Source of the DNA: Lepidodermella squamata
Taxonomy: Eukaryota; Animalia; Gastrotricha
NCBI GenBank assembly: GCA_047495785.1
Contig: JBLDXI010000032.1
Coordinates: 3,596,001-3,660,000 of the forward strand
Length of the DNA: 64,000 nt
Direction of reading: 5' to 3'
In this document: in pieces, positions 21,083 through 35,800 of the stretch
Numbering within the stretch: the stretch's first letter is position 1
How the letters are laid out: every line of letters begins with the position of its first letter
The notes under the pieces: generated by a model
Databases searched by the model: none
Told to the model about the DNA's origin: nothing
What the model saw: the letters and a program-made list of their open reading frames with translations, nothing else
Made by a program: the position numbers and the translations under genes

Positions 21083-24000
21083 TCATGGGTCGAAAATTCC
21101 TTCGAAAGGGTCATCGCTTGTCGATGCGGGCGCCAGCACAGGCCCGGACGATGTCGAAGCGGCAACGACAACAAACTCTGAGGCAAATTGGCTAGTTTGG
21201 CACTGAGACGATGAGCCGCCTGTCTGATTATTAGTATTATTAGCACTTGAAGCCGCAGCACCGTTCGCGGCCGCTTGGCCTAGCAGCTCCTCGAAGAAGT
21301 TGATGTCAAAATCGAGTTCAGGCGCAACGCCTTGCGCGCCCTGGTTTAAGGAATTTTGCGGCATCAGCTGACCGCTAGCATTACCCTCCGCAACGAGGTC
21401 TTCGACTAGCGCACCCATCGCCACGGATCCGTTGTTAGCATTGCGATAAACAACAGTTTCGCCGTGGTGATGCGACGAGTGGTGATGAGACGAATTCGAC
21501 GGTGGGCCTCCGTTGGCACCCACCGACATGGGAGATTGAGGGGTCATTGCTATCGAGTGAGGCAATGGTCCAACAGCCTGAATAAATAAACAAGTTAAAA
21601 ACTCCACCTTAATCAAAATTCTGCGCAACTAACCGGGGTAGCGGGTTTGTTCATCATCGAAGGCGTTGGAGGAGCAACACTGCCATTGCCTGATGAGGAA
21701 GGCATCGAAGACGCCTGACTAGACGGGGCGCTGTTCTGGCCCGATCCGTTATTACTGCCGACCGACGACACGCTATCCGCCGCGTACGGCGTATTGCCTG
21801 CCGAAGAGCCTGAGCCCTGTCCTGGCACCGTTGAGGTCGGTGTTGGCGGTAAATAATTCTGGTTCTGAGCTTGCGAGTTCTGAGTCTGTTGTTGCTGCTG
21901 CTGTTGTTGTTGTTGCTGTTGCTGCTGTTGCTGCTGGTAACTAACTTGTTGTTGCTGCTGCTGATAGTTCTGGTCCTGATAACCACCAGTTTGTTGAGGA
22001 GGTTCGTTACTGTGAACCTGAGGCAAAACGCCCGGTGAGTAGTTCCAGGTCGCAACACTCGCCGGAATTTGTTGCTGCTGAACCTGTTGTGCCTGTTGTT
22101 GCTGCAACAGCATTTGCTGCTGCTGAATCTGCAGCTGTTGCTGCTGCCGATGGTACATGGCCTGAGGGTCCTGTTTAACCAACTTCCAATTGCCATCATT
22201 GTCAATCCAAGCGTCGAGAGCAGCTAACTGCTGCTGTGGTAAATTTTGCTGTTGCGCAAATTGCAAAATGTCCCACATGAACTGATCGACCTCAATGTCG
22301 TTCAAATTCATCGGCCGTGCGCATAACGGACACGCCCATATCGCCTTGTCCATGTGCATGGTTAAGAAAGCTCCTAAATCAAAGCATCGTAAATGCCGGC
22401 ATTCCGCCGACCGGCACGGCACTTGGATAAGTTGAGAAGTTAACGGGCAACGAAGTGGAACCGACTCGGCCGTCGATTCTACAACATCGTTCTCCGGCCG
22501 GTCTGGCGCCGAGTTATTCGAGGCGAAGAACACACTCTTCAGTTTTGAGATGCAAATTTCCTTTGGCACGATGCGTTTCCGCACAATGTTATGATGCAGC
22601 GAACGGAGTGTTGGCCGCTCAACCAACTCGAGGACGAACAAATGCGAACAACAGCAGTTTGTTACAGAGATCGTTAGCACGTTTTGACCAGGATGGCAGA
22701 CGTTTTTGATGAACAGGGGACGCGTCGACGAGGCGGATTTGGGCGAACCCGGCCGGTCGGTGATTTGCGTCGCCCCGGGTGACCTGTCGATCAACAACGG
22801 CTGGTTGTTGACCATGACTGACACGGAGGCCGGCCATGACGTTTGCATGTAACGGTCTTCGTGGTGGAAACACTTCAGCTGCAACTCGAGTTCGCTGTTT
22901 TTACCCATCAACATGTTGAAAATGTTGTCCCGGATCACGAATGTGTGATTCGAGGTGCTTAGCAGGTGTTCGAGGCGGAACGGGGGTAGAAGCGTGCCGT
23001 CTTTCAACGGCAGCGTCATTCGAGGCTCTGAGTCGATAACAGGCGGTAATGGCTGTGGTTGTTGCAGAGATGGCGAGTTTTCGAGTTTAACAATCTGTTG
23101 TGGCTGAGGTTGGGGCGACATGACCAGTTGCGGGCCGGGAGTTGGCAACTTGTACGGCTGCTGTTGGTGCATGGGTGGCACAACGGGCGGCGAGCTGATT
23201 TGCTGGTAACCAGCCGGCACTTGTAAGCCGGAAGACGAGTTTTGCCTCGCCGGCTGTTGTTGATAGACCTGCCGTTGTTGCTGTTGTTGCTGCTGCTGTT
23301 GAGCAGCTAATAATCGCTGTTGTTGCTGCTGTTGGTGATGCGCTTGAATCATCGCCATTTGCTGCGCGTTGTTCGAAGGGGCAGGTGCGACCGGCCCGTT
23401 GGGTCCGCCACCAACCATTTGATGCTGGTAGACGAGACCGCCGCCAGGCTGCGACTGCATGTCAACAGGCACGCGGCCGCCGCCCATTTGCACGACAGGG
23501 GCTTGCACTTTGAAGGGCGTCACGTTCGCCGGTAACGCCGAGCCGTTCATCGGCGACAACGGCGACATGATTTGAGGAGGTTGGTTTTGCACGACTTGTT
23601 GCTGCTGTTGCAATTGTTGTTGTTGCTATTTGAAAAAAGACAAAAATTAGTCGTCCGAATATCTGGGTTAAATTCCTCAAATGTCTGGGTAAATGGCCTA
23701 ATTAAGGACAAGTCGAAATAGTTTAGCCGAAGTACGGGGATAACTGTCATATTTGTCCGCTACTTATCCCATTAAAAAACCGCCCTGAGGTTGATTTCTC
23801 AGTCAATTAGCTTAGTTTCCTACAATCAAGACTTGCAAAACATTTATCCTAAACATGAAGTGGCGAGGTCAAAAAAGAAATGAACTAACCATTCTCCGCC
23901 TTGCAGCGATATCTTGCGGGTTTGGATAGGGCGCAGAACGCGACGAGGAGGCTGACATCATGACCATTTGCTGCTGTTGCTGCTGCTGTTGGGCGTATTG

Positions 24001-27000
24001 CATTCGCAGCTGAGCTAGCTGAGCCTGTTGCTGGTCGGGCGAGGGTGCGATTTGAGGCTGCTGCGCCGCCGAAAACTGCCCCGGCGCACTGCCTGGGCCG
24101 AAATTCGGTTGTTGCGATGCAGACTGCTGCGAACGCGCCATGTAATAGGCCGCGTTGCCGTTCTGCATTTGCTGTTGTTGCTGCTGTTGTGGGCCCGTTG
24201 GCAGTACCAAGGTGGCAGGCGAGGCGGCTTGTGGCGGCGCGTATAAGCCTGCCTGTTTTTGAGCCATCTGTGGGCTCGAAAAAACCTGTCCTTGTTGCTG
24301 TTGCTGCTGATAGACCTGTTGTTGCTGCGCCTGGTAAATCTGCGCCTGAGACGGCTGGCCCGGTTGCCCGCCTACATACTGCTGCTGCCGACTCGAATAA
24401 ACCGGCTGGCCTTGTTGCGGCATATGGTGATGCATCATATTCGGCATCATTTGGCTTTGTTGCTGAGACCAACCCATTTGCTCTCTATAGCAGATAAAAA
24501 AATAAAATCTCCTAACTAAAATCAAGTGTAATCAATTCACATTTGAAGAGACGATGCAGGATTTCCAGCCATATATTGGGCCTGTTGCTTGGCCTGCTGC
24601 TGACTTAGATGATGATTTTGCATCATAGCGGTGCTTTGGTCACCGCTAATGCTGTTGATTGACGAATTGTTGCTAGAGTTAACGACACGGTTCGACGGCA
24701 GCGATACCGTCGATTGCTGGCCACCAAGTCTTCGGTACCACGAAATTAATTTTTCTAGAAAAAAGGTAAAACACAGAACGATATTATCAAAAAGTGACCC
24801 TAATAAATTTCATGGCTTCTGGGCGCAAAAACAGCAGTTATTATCTTGACCGGACAGCGCGTTACGAAAGATGTTTTCTGGCTTCTATGGCGGCTTTTTT
24901 TGTCTTCATGTGGCGATTCACACCATATTACAAGAGAAGAAGAAGAAGCAGCCGCAATAATGCGCGGGTTGGGCTATAACTGTATAAAATATGCGAGGAG
25001 AGTCAGAAAAGCGCCTACAATTTGGGTTTTATGCGTGTTATTGCACAATCGCCACCCGTACACGTGGGTAAACGAGGTCGTACAGAAAAACAACGCGCAG
25101 TCGCAAATAGACAAGATGCGGCGACTCGGTATCACATCATCTTCTCGTAGACCTTACCTTCGCAGCAGTAAATAGTAATCTCGCAGAATTTAGATATAAA
25201 TACATAGATAATGCAGGTACATGTTCTTGCAAGAGAGAATATAAGTCCCATTTCTCGCTCTCGCTCTCTCTCCGACACCACGCCGAACAGTTGAGCAGTC
25301 AGGCATGCAAAAATAAAGGGCACAACTGCCAAATAATAAGAAGTAATAATTTACGTATCGTGTAATAATCGCCACGAGAAGCGGCAGCGAAAATGGTGTT
25401 ATTTCGACGTACCAGCGTGTGTACCAGTTGAATAAAAAACACGCCCAGTCTTGGCTCAGGTGTATAACAATAAAACTACATTAATTTATCATCGGCGCCG
25501 TCGGTTTTTCTTGGTATCAAGTACCTAAAATACAGCAGCAGGCGCGATAAAGCGGTGACGGTAAAATAGTAACATTAAGGTGGATGGCTGGATTTTCTAA
25601 CAGGTGCAATAACGGTGTAAATAGAGCGATGATGATGACGACGATAGCGATGACGATGATAAAAAAATGTGATGCAAGACTTCAAGTCCACGGTGTGTTT
25701 AGTATGTGATGCTGGATCTACGGTCCGCCGTTGCATTTTTTTTTATTAGCGGCACAGCGGATAGTACGAAACATGTGTAAAATGGTAAAAATTACTACGC
25801 AATAATATCGCTGCAAAGTGCACGCGAAAAGCTGTTGGGTTTGAGCTCGCATATCACTACTGCCAACTACTACAACTACACTACAACAGAAACTACGGTA
25901 AATAGTACAACGAGAGAACGAAAGAACGAGCTGACGAAGAGACGAAGCAAAGAACACAGATGTTGCGCAGAGCAGCAGTTTGTGAACAACCACGACGGAC
26001 GGCGACGATGAAGACATGGGGAGTAAACATTATTTTCATCTGTATTTAAATAATGCGGAGAAGAAAATGCCAAATTAACATTACACATTACGAGTGCGCT
26101 TTCAAAGTATCCATGACGCCGTCGCTGCCGTCGTCGCCGTCTCGCTTCTTCCACTGCCATGTATGTACTACTACTGAGCCGAGAAACCGGCAACTAATAA
26201 AGCGCACTGTGGTACAGGTTTTAAGGTGTTTGTTAAGAGCAGAAAACTGCTGTATGGCAGCATTAATAACAACAATAATAAAAATCCCTAGTTTCGCTTG
26301 AAAATGACGACAAAATAGTGCCGCGCGAAAAGGACAAGTCACGCAGGCACCTGTATCTAGAGGTCAGCTGGTTGATGCCAGCTGCAGAGGAGTCGTAGCA
26401 AAAAGACGAACAAGTAATTATTACTGAGCAGCATAAGGAGCGTATTTAATTCGGCGAGGTTAGAAAATGATGCCCTCCGGAACATCAAGCAGCAGCAGCA
26501 ACTGTCTTATTGTAATAATATCGATATTTACTGCGTTACTTGGGTAAGAAATAATAGAGCTACTATAACACACAAATAGATTGCCTGTGTGTAGAACAAC
26601 AAGATTCCAAATACATTGGGCAGCCACAACCGCCCCTAACTAAGTAAAGCCTATACACCGGCCGGCGCATTTGGTCTGCGATTACGAAACGAGTGGAGAA
26701 GAGACGATGACGATGAGGAAACGCGGGTGCGCCTCTTTCACAGTATAATAGGCGCTGTGTGGCGCGGCTGGCCTTCTGATTCCTTGTTGTATGAGATCTA
26801 CGAGAGTGCGAGAAGAGATTCTAGTACACAAGCATAGTAGCAGTAGAACATGCGCGTAGTAGTACAGTGCACACGTGGTCGGTGGGGTCGCGCCGACCAC
26901 GACCGATCTAGGCGGGCGCAACGGCCGAAAACGACGACGAACGGCAGTCAGGACGCCGAGGAAATCTAGAAGCGAGAGTAGTCGACTTATTATTACTATT

Positions 27001-30000
27001 ATTATTACTCCAGTTTGTGGTGGCTGCTGGGAGAGGAGATATAGGATACAACTTCTATAACAACAACAAACATGAGGCAAAGCGCGCGCGACTCGTACGC
27101 TCTTGTACGATGACGACAAACAGCAGTGTCGCGCGCGCGATATATTAGTGTGGAAATGTGCGCCTATTTATAATATCCCCATCATCAACAGCTACTATCA
27201 AACCTCGCTCTCCGTGTAATAATCGGGCGCTCGCAAATAGACTGACTAATGCAGCAGATTTATCGACGAGCGCAGGACATACTCCTGCTCACCTCGTTCT
27301 CGCCCAAGTAACCGGGCGCGTGCACCATGTTGCGCAATTCGGAAGCAAAAGATAAAAGTCAACTCCATTAATATTAACCACCCTAAACAGCTGTTGGGCG
27401 CCTTTAAAATCGTAAAAAATGTGCCAGAGCGAAAAATGAGAAAGATGATTGTCCAACTGAGCACTTATTTAGCACTCGTGTACGTAATGTAGCTGTAATA
27501 ATTCATACCTACCTATATCGCAATAAAGCAACAACAACAAGCAGAGACAGGGAAACACGGCGAGAAAAAAGAGCGCGTGTTGCTAGTATTTTACGCATTT
27601 TTTCCAACTCATCAAATGAATATAAAGCGGCGGAATTTCAAACCAGGTTGCGCGTACCTATGCTAGGGCGGTGAAGGAGGAAGCCGAATATGAAATAAAG
27701 AACATGATGATGTGGTGATGATAATGATTTTGATCGGCGCTTATTTATTACCACAGGCTACCCGCACAGAACAGGTGAGGTCACGGTATAGACGAGTGTA
27801 ATAAGCGCACACATGTTTATTAAGGTGGCTGTTGATTTCCGCTTAGCCGACAAAGTAGCGCGCGCGCCCTCACTCACATGTTTGTGCGTGTGAGAAAAAG
27901 ATATTGCCGATATGATCAAGCTATATTAGCACTGGAGGCCGATCAAATAATAACAAATCAAACGGGCGGGTGATAGGAAATAAGTAAAACGGGGAAATAA
28001 GTTGTAGCGAAAAGATGATGATAATAATAATTCGTGTTAACAACAATAACAAGTCGACGACTCGAGTTTGAAATAAATATAACAGCGCTGTGACGCTTTC
28101 GTTGGGTCTTTGTTTCACCAAGAAAAGGGGCCGTATGTATCGGGACGCTACAAAGAAAGTGCGCGCGCGCCAGAGGTGTGCAATAAACACGGTGTAAAAT
28201 GTTGGCCTTTTACAACTCTGCGGCGCTTTGTCATCGCGCACGGCGGCAACTGCAGAAAACCACCAACACCGAACGCCGAACTGCTGTGCGAAGTAGAAGA
28301 AGAAGAAGTCCTACTAGTAGTAAGAAGTCTAAATACAAAGCATTTGTTAAAGTGACATTGACACGGCGGTACGTCGTCATCGTTTAGCTTAGCGGCACCC
28401 ATCGAGAGTACAATAGTTTTGGTTGGTTTTGTTGCTGGGCCGGTTTGTATTTACAGTTTAGTGTACGTAAGTAAGTAATAATATAATAATAATAATACCT
28501 ACGCGAAAAGATGAGACATGACGGGAGTTGAGCGAGCGAGCCAAAACTCGACTGCGGCAGCCGCAACAGCAGAACGCTGAGCGCGAGAGAGAGCGAGCGC
28601 GCGGCAAAGCGTCAGGGTTGATGATAATTATTATTCGCGATGATGGTGTTATATTGGAGGCTCTCGCAGATGATTCTAGTAAAGGCAACAAACGGTGATA
28701 CACGCCGCACACGGTGCGCGCGCTGCTCAAGGTATACTTTTATTAAGGTGGATGATGATAATATATCTCTTTTAGCACGGTAATACACCAGTCTATAGCA
28801 GCCACAGCAGCCAAACTAACATCAACAACAACAACAACAACAAGCACAACAACAACGACGACGAGGCATTGTAGTAGTAGTAGTAGTGGTGGTGGTGGTG
28901 GTAGGTAATAACAATTTTGCGTATTATGTGTATATAAACCAAGCGCGCGGCAAGGAACGAGGCGAGACACTATGAAAAACGAGAGAATTACTATTGCGGC
29001 CATACACACTCACTTTTCACCGTCATCACAATAATCATTTGGGGTCGAGAGTGAGAGAGATCGGGATAGCCAGGTATGTTTCATACGAAAATAGAACACG
29101 CCGTAGTTTCTGCGGCTGTGGTGGTGGTGGTGTACAAAACGCTGCCGCCGCCGCTACGGCAAGTACGTGGAAGTTGTGCATAGCGCCATATTATGAGCAT
29201 TATTAGGTTGTTGTTGATGTTGTTTAGTTATGTGTGGCGCGCGCAGAGAAGGCACCGCACAGGTAGACCGGGAGTGTAAAAGAGCGTCGGTTTTGGTGGC
29301 GCCCGGGCTGGTTACAGCTAATAACATTAATGTAAGAGCGACTCGTCCACAGTGTTAACGATTACATATTAATATTACTATTGAGCGAATGAGAATCCGC
29401 TGCTGCCGTCGTGGCGGCGGCTGTGTCGCACAGTTTAGTGTAAACAAGCACACGCAATTCTAGCAGCGCAAAATAAGGCTACATTTAGCCGCCCAGGTAC
29501 TAGCAATAGCAGCAATAATAATAGTAATAATCTGACAAAAAGGTATATATATACGACTGCAAACGCGTGCGCATCAATGTGTTCGCTGGCACCGCGCTGT
29601 TCTGGAGCCCGCGCGCGCAACGCCAAAGAGTAGCTGGGTGCGGAAATGTTGTACGGGCGTTGACAATAGTTGTAATAAATAATGGAGATAGTGTGGCCGC
29701 TGCATACAAAACGCGGCGATGCGCGCGCGTCTCACGAAATAATGGCTAAAAATGTGTCCCGCTTTTCTTTTGCAGCAACAATATGGTCGTATTCTTAGTA
29801 TTAACAACAATAATGATATATGCATGTATATGTGTAAGCGAGGCGAGGCTAGCCGATTGACCATCTCAATAATAACGTAGTGATGTCTGCGCTTGTCGCC
29901 AGCTAGCGATACAAAACTCTTGCGAGCCAAATGGATGATGAGTTTACACCCAGACGCTGCTTCTGCTGCTTTTCCATAATGCAGGTCTTTATCGCGCTCG

Positions 30001-32872
30001 GTGTGCTTGATACTATTTGTCAACAAGCCGGAGAACAACAGGTGTGTTGTTATCGCTCAGCATTGCGTTGAAAACAACGCCGACCAAAAATGAGGAACGC
30101 GGAAATCCAACAAAAAAATGCCTTGATGGGCAGGTCAATTATTTAATGAAATATTAAAATACAAACTGGCTCCTATTTCGCTCGCACTAATGCGCGCGCA
30201 GCCTGCTGTATAAGTCGATGGGTGACAAAAAAATCAATGTTCGGTCATTCCGCATAGCATTAATGTGACGCATGCCGCACTTCGTAGGCGTGCAAAAAAA
30301 CGAACTCAGTCACGTTGTTGGTAATTGATTGAAATTGAGTAAGAGCGTGGAGTAAATATCCTAAAAAAACGTGTGCGGAGTTGATCAATTTGTAAAACCG
30401 ATTTTGAAGATAAAGCAAAGGACAATTTGAGATAAACGTTGTTTTCACAAGTGAAACGACAAGTTACAAGATGATACTCTAACCACACGAGCTATCTCGG
30501 TGAAAATTCTCGAGCAGTGAAAATGTTACCGGCAGCAACACGCCACTTGTCTACTTTACAACACGTTGTGTGCATTTCACTGTACCAGCTATTCATGTTT
30601 GTGTACGGGCGCCGGTTACGCATCGCACAGATGAAATTCGCGCTTGTAATCGCTGCTACCGTCGTCGTTGTCGTAACGAGCGCAGCGGGTAGCAGCCGCA
30701 GTCTCGACGGACGACGCGCGTGGGAGCGAGCGGGGCGGTACACATCAAAGCGTTGCATAGAAAGCTTGAAGAAAACTCACGCGAAAATCCAGGAGTCGAT
30801 TCGAAGCTATTCGACGCGTACTGAACAACCACGCCGAACAACCGATGAGCAAGTTCGCTGCTCTGTGCAAAGTCTGCTCGATGGCTCACTTCATTAACAA
30901 CCTAAGGTAGAGCCAGAAAAAAACCCAATCAATGAGAGGTGTCATTTTCAAATACATAAGTATGTTAAAAACATAAGCGACGAAAAGACTTGAGCGTGTT
31001 TATGACCGCGCCATCTGCTTTCAAGGGTTCACAGACGCGCCTATTTTTTTAGGATCAAAAGCGCGACGCCGACGAACAAGATAGTCCATATAAATAATTA
31101 TAGAGTGACAAACTACGGTTTTTCGGTACGCCGACTTTCCCATCATAATTTTTCTGTGAGGTTTTTATTATTTTGTCATAATATTAATGTCTCGTTTGTA
31201 ATAAATGATTTGATTTCCTTGTCCTTTACTGGCTTATTATGTTTGCATTTACGATTTGTGTGCATGTGGTGGCCTCTTGCTGCAGCAGCGATGATGATGA
31301 TGATGGTGATAATATACAAGCGCGCGACGTTGGCGGCGCCGCTCTTCGTTTTACTCGGCGTCTTGCCGTCGTCGTCATCGTCGTCGTCGTCGTTTTGTAA
31401 GAAAGTGTTCTTTATAGAGCTAGGCACAGGCAAGGGCTACTCGCGCTCGTGTGCGCGCACGCGCTAGTCCGTATCGCGTTTACGGGCGTATAATATCGAC
31501 CGCGGGGACGCGCGACCCGCATTGGCGACATTTTTACTGCTTCGCATGCGAAAAATATCCACGGCGATACATGTGTATGTTTGATCGAACCGCGACATCG
31601 AAAAGTAGTGATATTGACAGCAATCATAATAATAATAAGATATCCGCGCACCGGCATTGTGTCGTCGACCGACGAAAAGAGCGCTGTTATAACGCGGCAA
31701 AGCGCTATTATAAAATCGCTGCCTGATATTATTGTGTAAAGAAATAATTTGTTGTCGCATTGTTATGTACACTACTTTTCTTCTTCTTTACTTTTACTTT
31801 AATGCAATATACAAGGCGAGCGCGTGAGAGAGCGGCCTGAACACAGCAGTCAGCAACCAGAATCATAACTTAAAAAGGCAAAAAATCGATTGACCGCCGA
31901 TATTGTGCTCGATTGTATTTATTATTTCGCATCATCATAATATTCGAAATGCGAAATATACGGCACTAAATGTGCGTGCCCAGCGCGGCGATACCGTTGC
32001 CGCTTTCGCTCTTGTCGTCGTCGCCGTCGCATGGTGGCAAAATACTAGAGGACATACTATCAGAGAATATATCGCGCAAGAGGAGTCGTTGCCGCGAAAT
32101 CATCTACGCACATTAATATACTAACTAACTAACTAACACGGCGACGAGTGAGCAAGAGAGAGTGTGGTCGAGCCAATAATACAACATAATGACGATGTTA
32201 TAGCCAGTTTGTGTCGTCGTAGTAAAATAATAGTGTTTATGTTGTATTTGAGCGCGAGCGACACGACGGCAGTTGGCCAAAACAACTAGTAGAAAGTAGG
32301 ACCGGGAGAAGGGGCGCGCCGATAATCATTGCCAACTCTTGCTTTTGCCGCCTGCGCGATTCTTTCCTATTTTATTTTTTAACTAGCTCCGTGTATGCTT
32401 TGTAATACAATGATGAAGTGAAATACAATAATAATAATAATAATAATAGTGATACGGGCAGTAACATTTCGACTATTATTCGAAATGAGCTATCAATCCA
32501 AAATACAAGTACCAATAAAATGCTCCTGATCTGGCGATGCAGTCATAAAACACGTCAAGTACTCGCGCGTTGAAAAAACGTAAAAAAAAATGAATCTGAG
32601 TTCAACTAACCTCTAAGCAGTCGACTAGCCGAGCTTCATAGCACGATTGATAAGCTCGGGAATCTGAGACCCATTGGATGAGTTCGTTGCAAGCTTGCAC
32701 GAAAAGCTGCGGATTCCCAAGTTGCTGTGAATTAATTACAGAAATACGTAAAAAACGTAGAATTTGAAATACAATACTCTTCGCGTCTTCGACTTACCTG
32801 TCTTAAACAAACAAGCCGTTCGTTGGTTTGCTGGATATGTTTATGAATCTCAACATCAGCAGCGTTTATCAT
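21083..32872 (-). CDS. ZMIZ1: Zinc finger MIZ (SP-RING) domain protein, ZMIZ1/2 / tonalli family
   Basis: Exons 32872-32798 (HIQQTNERLVCLRQ), 32724-32611 (QLGNPQLFVQACNELIQWVSDSRAY), 30901-30781, 24754-24541, 24484-23890, 23625-21634, 21577-21083. The first exons match the Zmiz1 N-terminal domain; core LPPFRLEH, LELQLKCFHHEDR, CCCSHLFVL and SP-RING LRCPLT...CRHLRCFDL...WACPLC; polyQ tracts. Confidence 0.92.
21883..21962 (-). repeat. CAG/CAA trinucleotide tract encoding polyglutamine in ZMIZ
   Basis: Mixed (ctg/ttg)n on the + strand; several shorter tracts occur elsewhere in the gene. Confidence 0.85.
28815..28905. repeat. Compound microsatellite (CAA)n-(CGA)n-(GTA)n-(GTG)n inside the long ZMIZ intron
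   Basis: Directly visible; one of many short tandem repeats between 24.8 and 39 kb. Confidence 0.8.
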
Positions 32873-35800
32873 CGGTGGCGGTACATTAAAAGCAGAGTTG
32901 ACAGTCAAATATCGTTTTTCTGTTATCAATTATGATGAGTTATAATTAATTGGCTGACCTATTAATCAATAAATCGATTTAAGGTGAGGCTAGTGATACG
33001 ACCCACGCAATCATTTGGGAAATCGATAATGCCAAGGTTTTTGATTCAAGTGTTACGAAAAACGAATAAGTCAGAAGATCGACCAACTTAAAAAATTGAA
33101 AAGTAAGCCAGTGATCGATTTTAAATGGCAGATGTGTCTGAAGAAGATTTGTGAGAGAAAAAGATAGCATAAAAAATATATAAAAGATCGTTATTTTTTC
33201 GTTTCACTTTTGCGCGCAAAATTATCAAGACCACCATTTCAATGTCGTTGTCGTGTACTTTACCCCGCCCAATAATATGCGCTATTATATAACTTCATGT
33301 TGTAATGTTATAAAAGAGCATATTTTTGCACAACGGAGGCACAGGCATCAAAATCATTATTATTATTTATTATCGCTCTGCAAAAGTAGCGCGGCAAAAG
33401 CTTACACGCGCATAGCTATGTGTAGTATATATATATTCTTTTTCCGGAATTCCCGTTATTATTAGTTTTGTCAAGTTTAAAAGTATATATCGCCATCGCT
33501 TTACTGAGAGCGCGCGCGCACAGTGAGAGCGAGAATAGGATGATAGGCGAAAGAGTACAAATTATTGTATTATAACAACATGGATTGCCATCACGTAATA
33601 ATCATCATCAATAGAAAATACTGACAACGACCATATCATTGTAAATTGTATAGTCGTATAAAGAGTTATGTAGTAAAAGTTGTTGATAATATTATATTAT
33701 TATTGCCGCGCGCGCGGTGGCTCCTCTTCCTCTCTACTCTATCGCCGGTTCGCGGTCGCCCTCTTTACACTAGGCGCCGTTTTGCGCACATAACGCGCGC
33801 GCTGCCAATCGATCGAAAAATCATCGCTCGGGCCCGCTTATACACATTACAAGCGTATTATTGTTATTATACATTTCAGAGCAAAAAGTTTGCGCGCACA
33901 AGTCGCCTGCCGCAGCCGCCGCCCAACCAGCGCGCTCGTCCGCCACATCGCGAACGAAGTTTAAATATTATCGCAATTCAACTTGAATAGTCTCTCGCCC
34001 GTCGTCCATGTATATTGAGCGCGCACTCTCACCGCTATCACTACAGCCACTGGCAAAGGCGAATAAGAGCAATAAAAATTATTCTAATAATCAGCTAACC
34101 AACGCCATGCGAAGCGATGCGATATTTTACTACTGATAGCTAAATAGCGATTTGTCTTCGGTCTCGACGCGCGCCCAGATATTGACGACATTATGTCATC
34201 ATCTTAAGTAATACAGAAAAAACTCACCCGCAAAACAGCTTGCAATTGTTCTTGGCATCAATTATTTATCAGGTGAATGCTACAGTAATATGTGTTGATT
34301 CGCATTATTTGCCCAAGAGGTACGTATCTAAACGCTATAATAAATAGCGTCAAATGTTGATAAGACAAAAAACAGGCTCAGGGCCCGTCGATAAAATTAA
34401 AGAAGTGGCAGGAAAGAGACATGAATGACATAAATTATTCTTGACATGACTCATGTTAACAATTGACAAATCCGAAGTTAAATACCTGGAAAATGCATAC
34501 TTTCTATATTATAACTAACTCGAGTCAGCTTGACTACTGATGATTTGCAATAGTAATTTGTCGGCAAATCTCGGCAAAATGTTTTTTTGAAATTTGACTG
34601 TAAAGGTAGACTACGCGCGGATTAGTTTGTTGATCGCATGCGCAGAAGTAACCTATGCGCGCGCAGCTATGTGCGCACTGTTTTTTCATTGCGCGTGAAA
34701 ATATATTTAGCATTTAGCACGGCGGTAATTCTCGCAAAGACGCGTGCCAAGAGTGCAAAGATAGTGCAAATGTCGCACAAATAATACTATGGCGAAGGGC
34801 GAAGATCATTTTTTCATACTCATTACAAGTTGTCATGTGTTGAACTTATTCAGCTTACATAGAAGAAGCGGGAACTTCCGGGACGTATAGCGGCACATAG
34901 AAATCCGAATGACGCGAGTTCGCAACATAATTTCAAACAGGTAGCAGCTGGCTATCGCGTACTTGGCATGAGAAGTGAGGACATAGCATTTGAATTCACC
35001 AAAAAGCCGATTCAAAAGTGGGCGTTAGTGTGTTTTTGTTAACAATTTCGACAATACACTAATACTGGGTGCAATTACCGCGACTGAGCACCTTTTTTAA
35101 TAACAACTCGACTATTGGTCATATAGATTTTAGCGCCGATCACAGGAAAAGAGAGACGTAAGCATACCATCATAATAGTGATATTAGTAAAAAGTAATAA
35201 TATTGCAATAACAACACATTGATTTCTGGAAAAAGCAGCGAGAAGCGATAAAAAATAAGTGAAGCGCACTTTTGTTAACAGGTAATATAATTCCATCATA
35301 GCTACCCAATTATTGATCGCGCCCTAAAACACTCATATAATATGCATGAAATGCGCTCATTTAAAACATTAAAACGACGACTAGTCATCTTTTGCAGGTA
35401 TTAACAGTTTAATTTTGTAGCCATTGGTTGTCAAAAATTTGTCTCTTGGGTTAAAATTCATGATGACAGGAGAATATGCTGAAGTAATAGAATGACACTG
35501 TCATGAAGCATTAATATTCGGCTTTATGTGTGAACTGACCAAAATGATTTCTCAAGCGGACGATATTCCCGCGAAGGGCGAGTTGGGTGTTCGAAAATAA
35601 AGTGCGCAATATAATATAGGTAATATGGCATTAAAAACTATTTTGCGATCGCGATTGGTGCGCGCGCGCGTAGTTGAAGGTTGGTAGGTAGGTAGGTTGG
35701 AGCGGATTACAAACGCCCATCGCAGCGATACCTACCTATAACAGATGATAATAATAATAATTAGGTGTTACAACGAAAACACTATAGCCAACACGGCTGG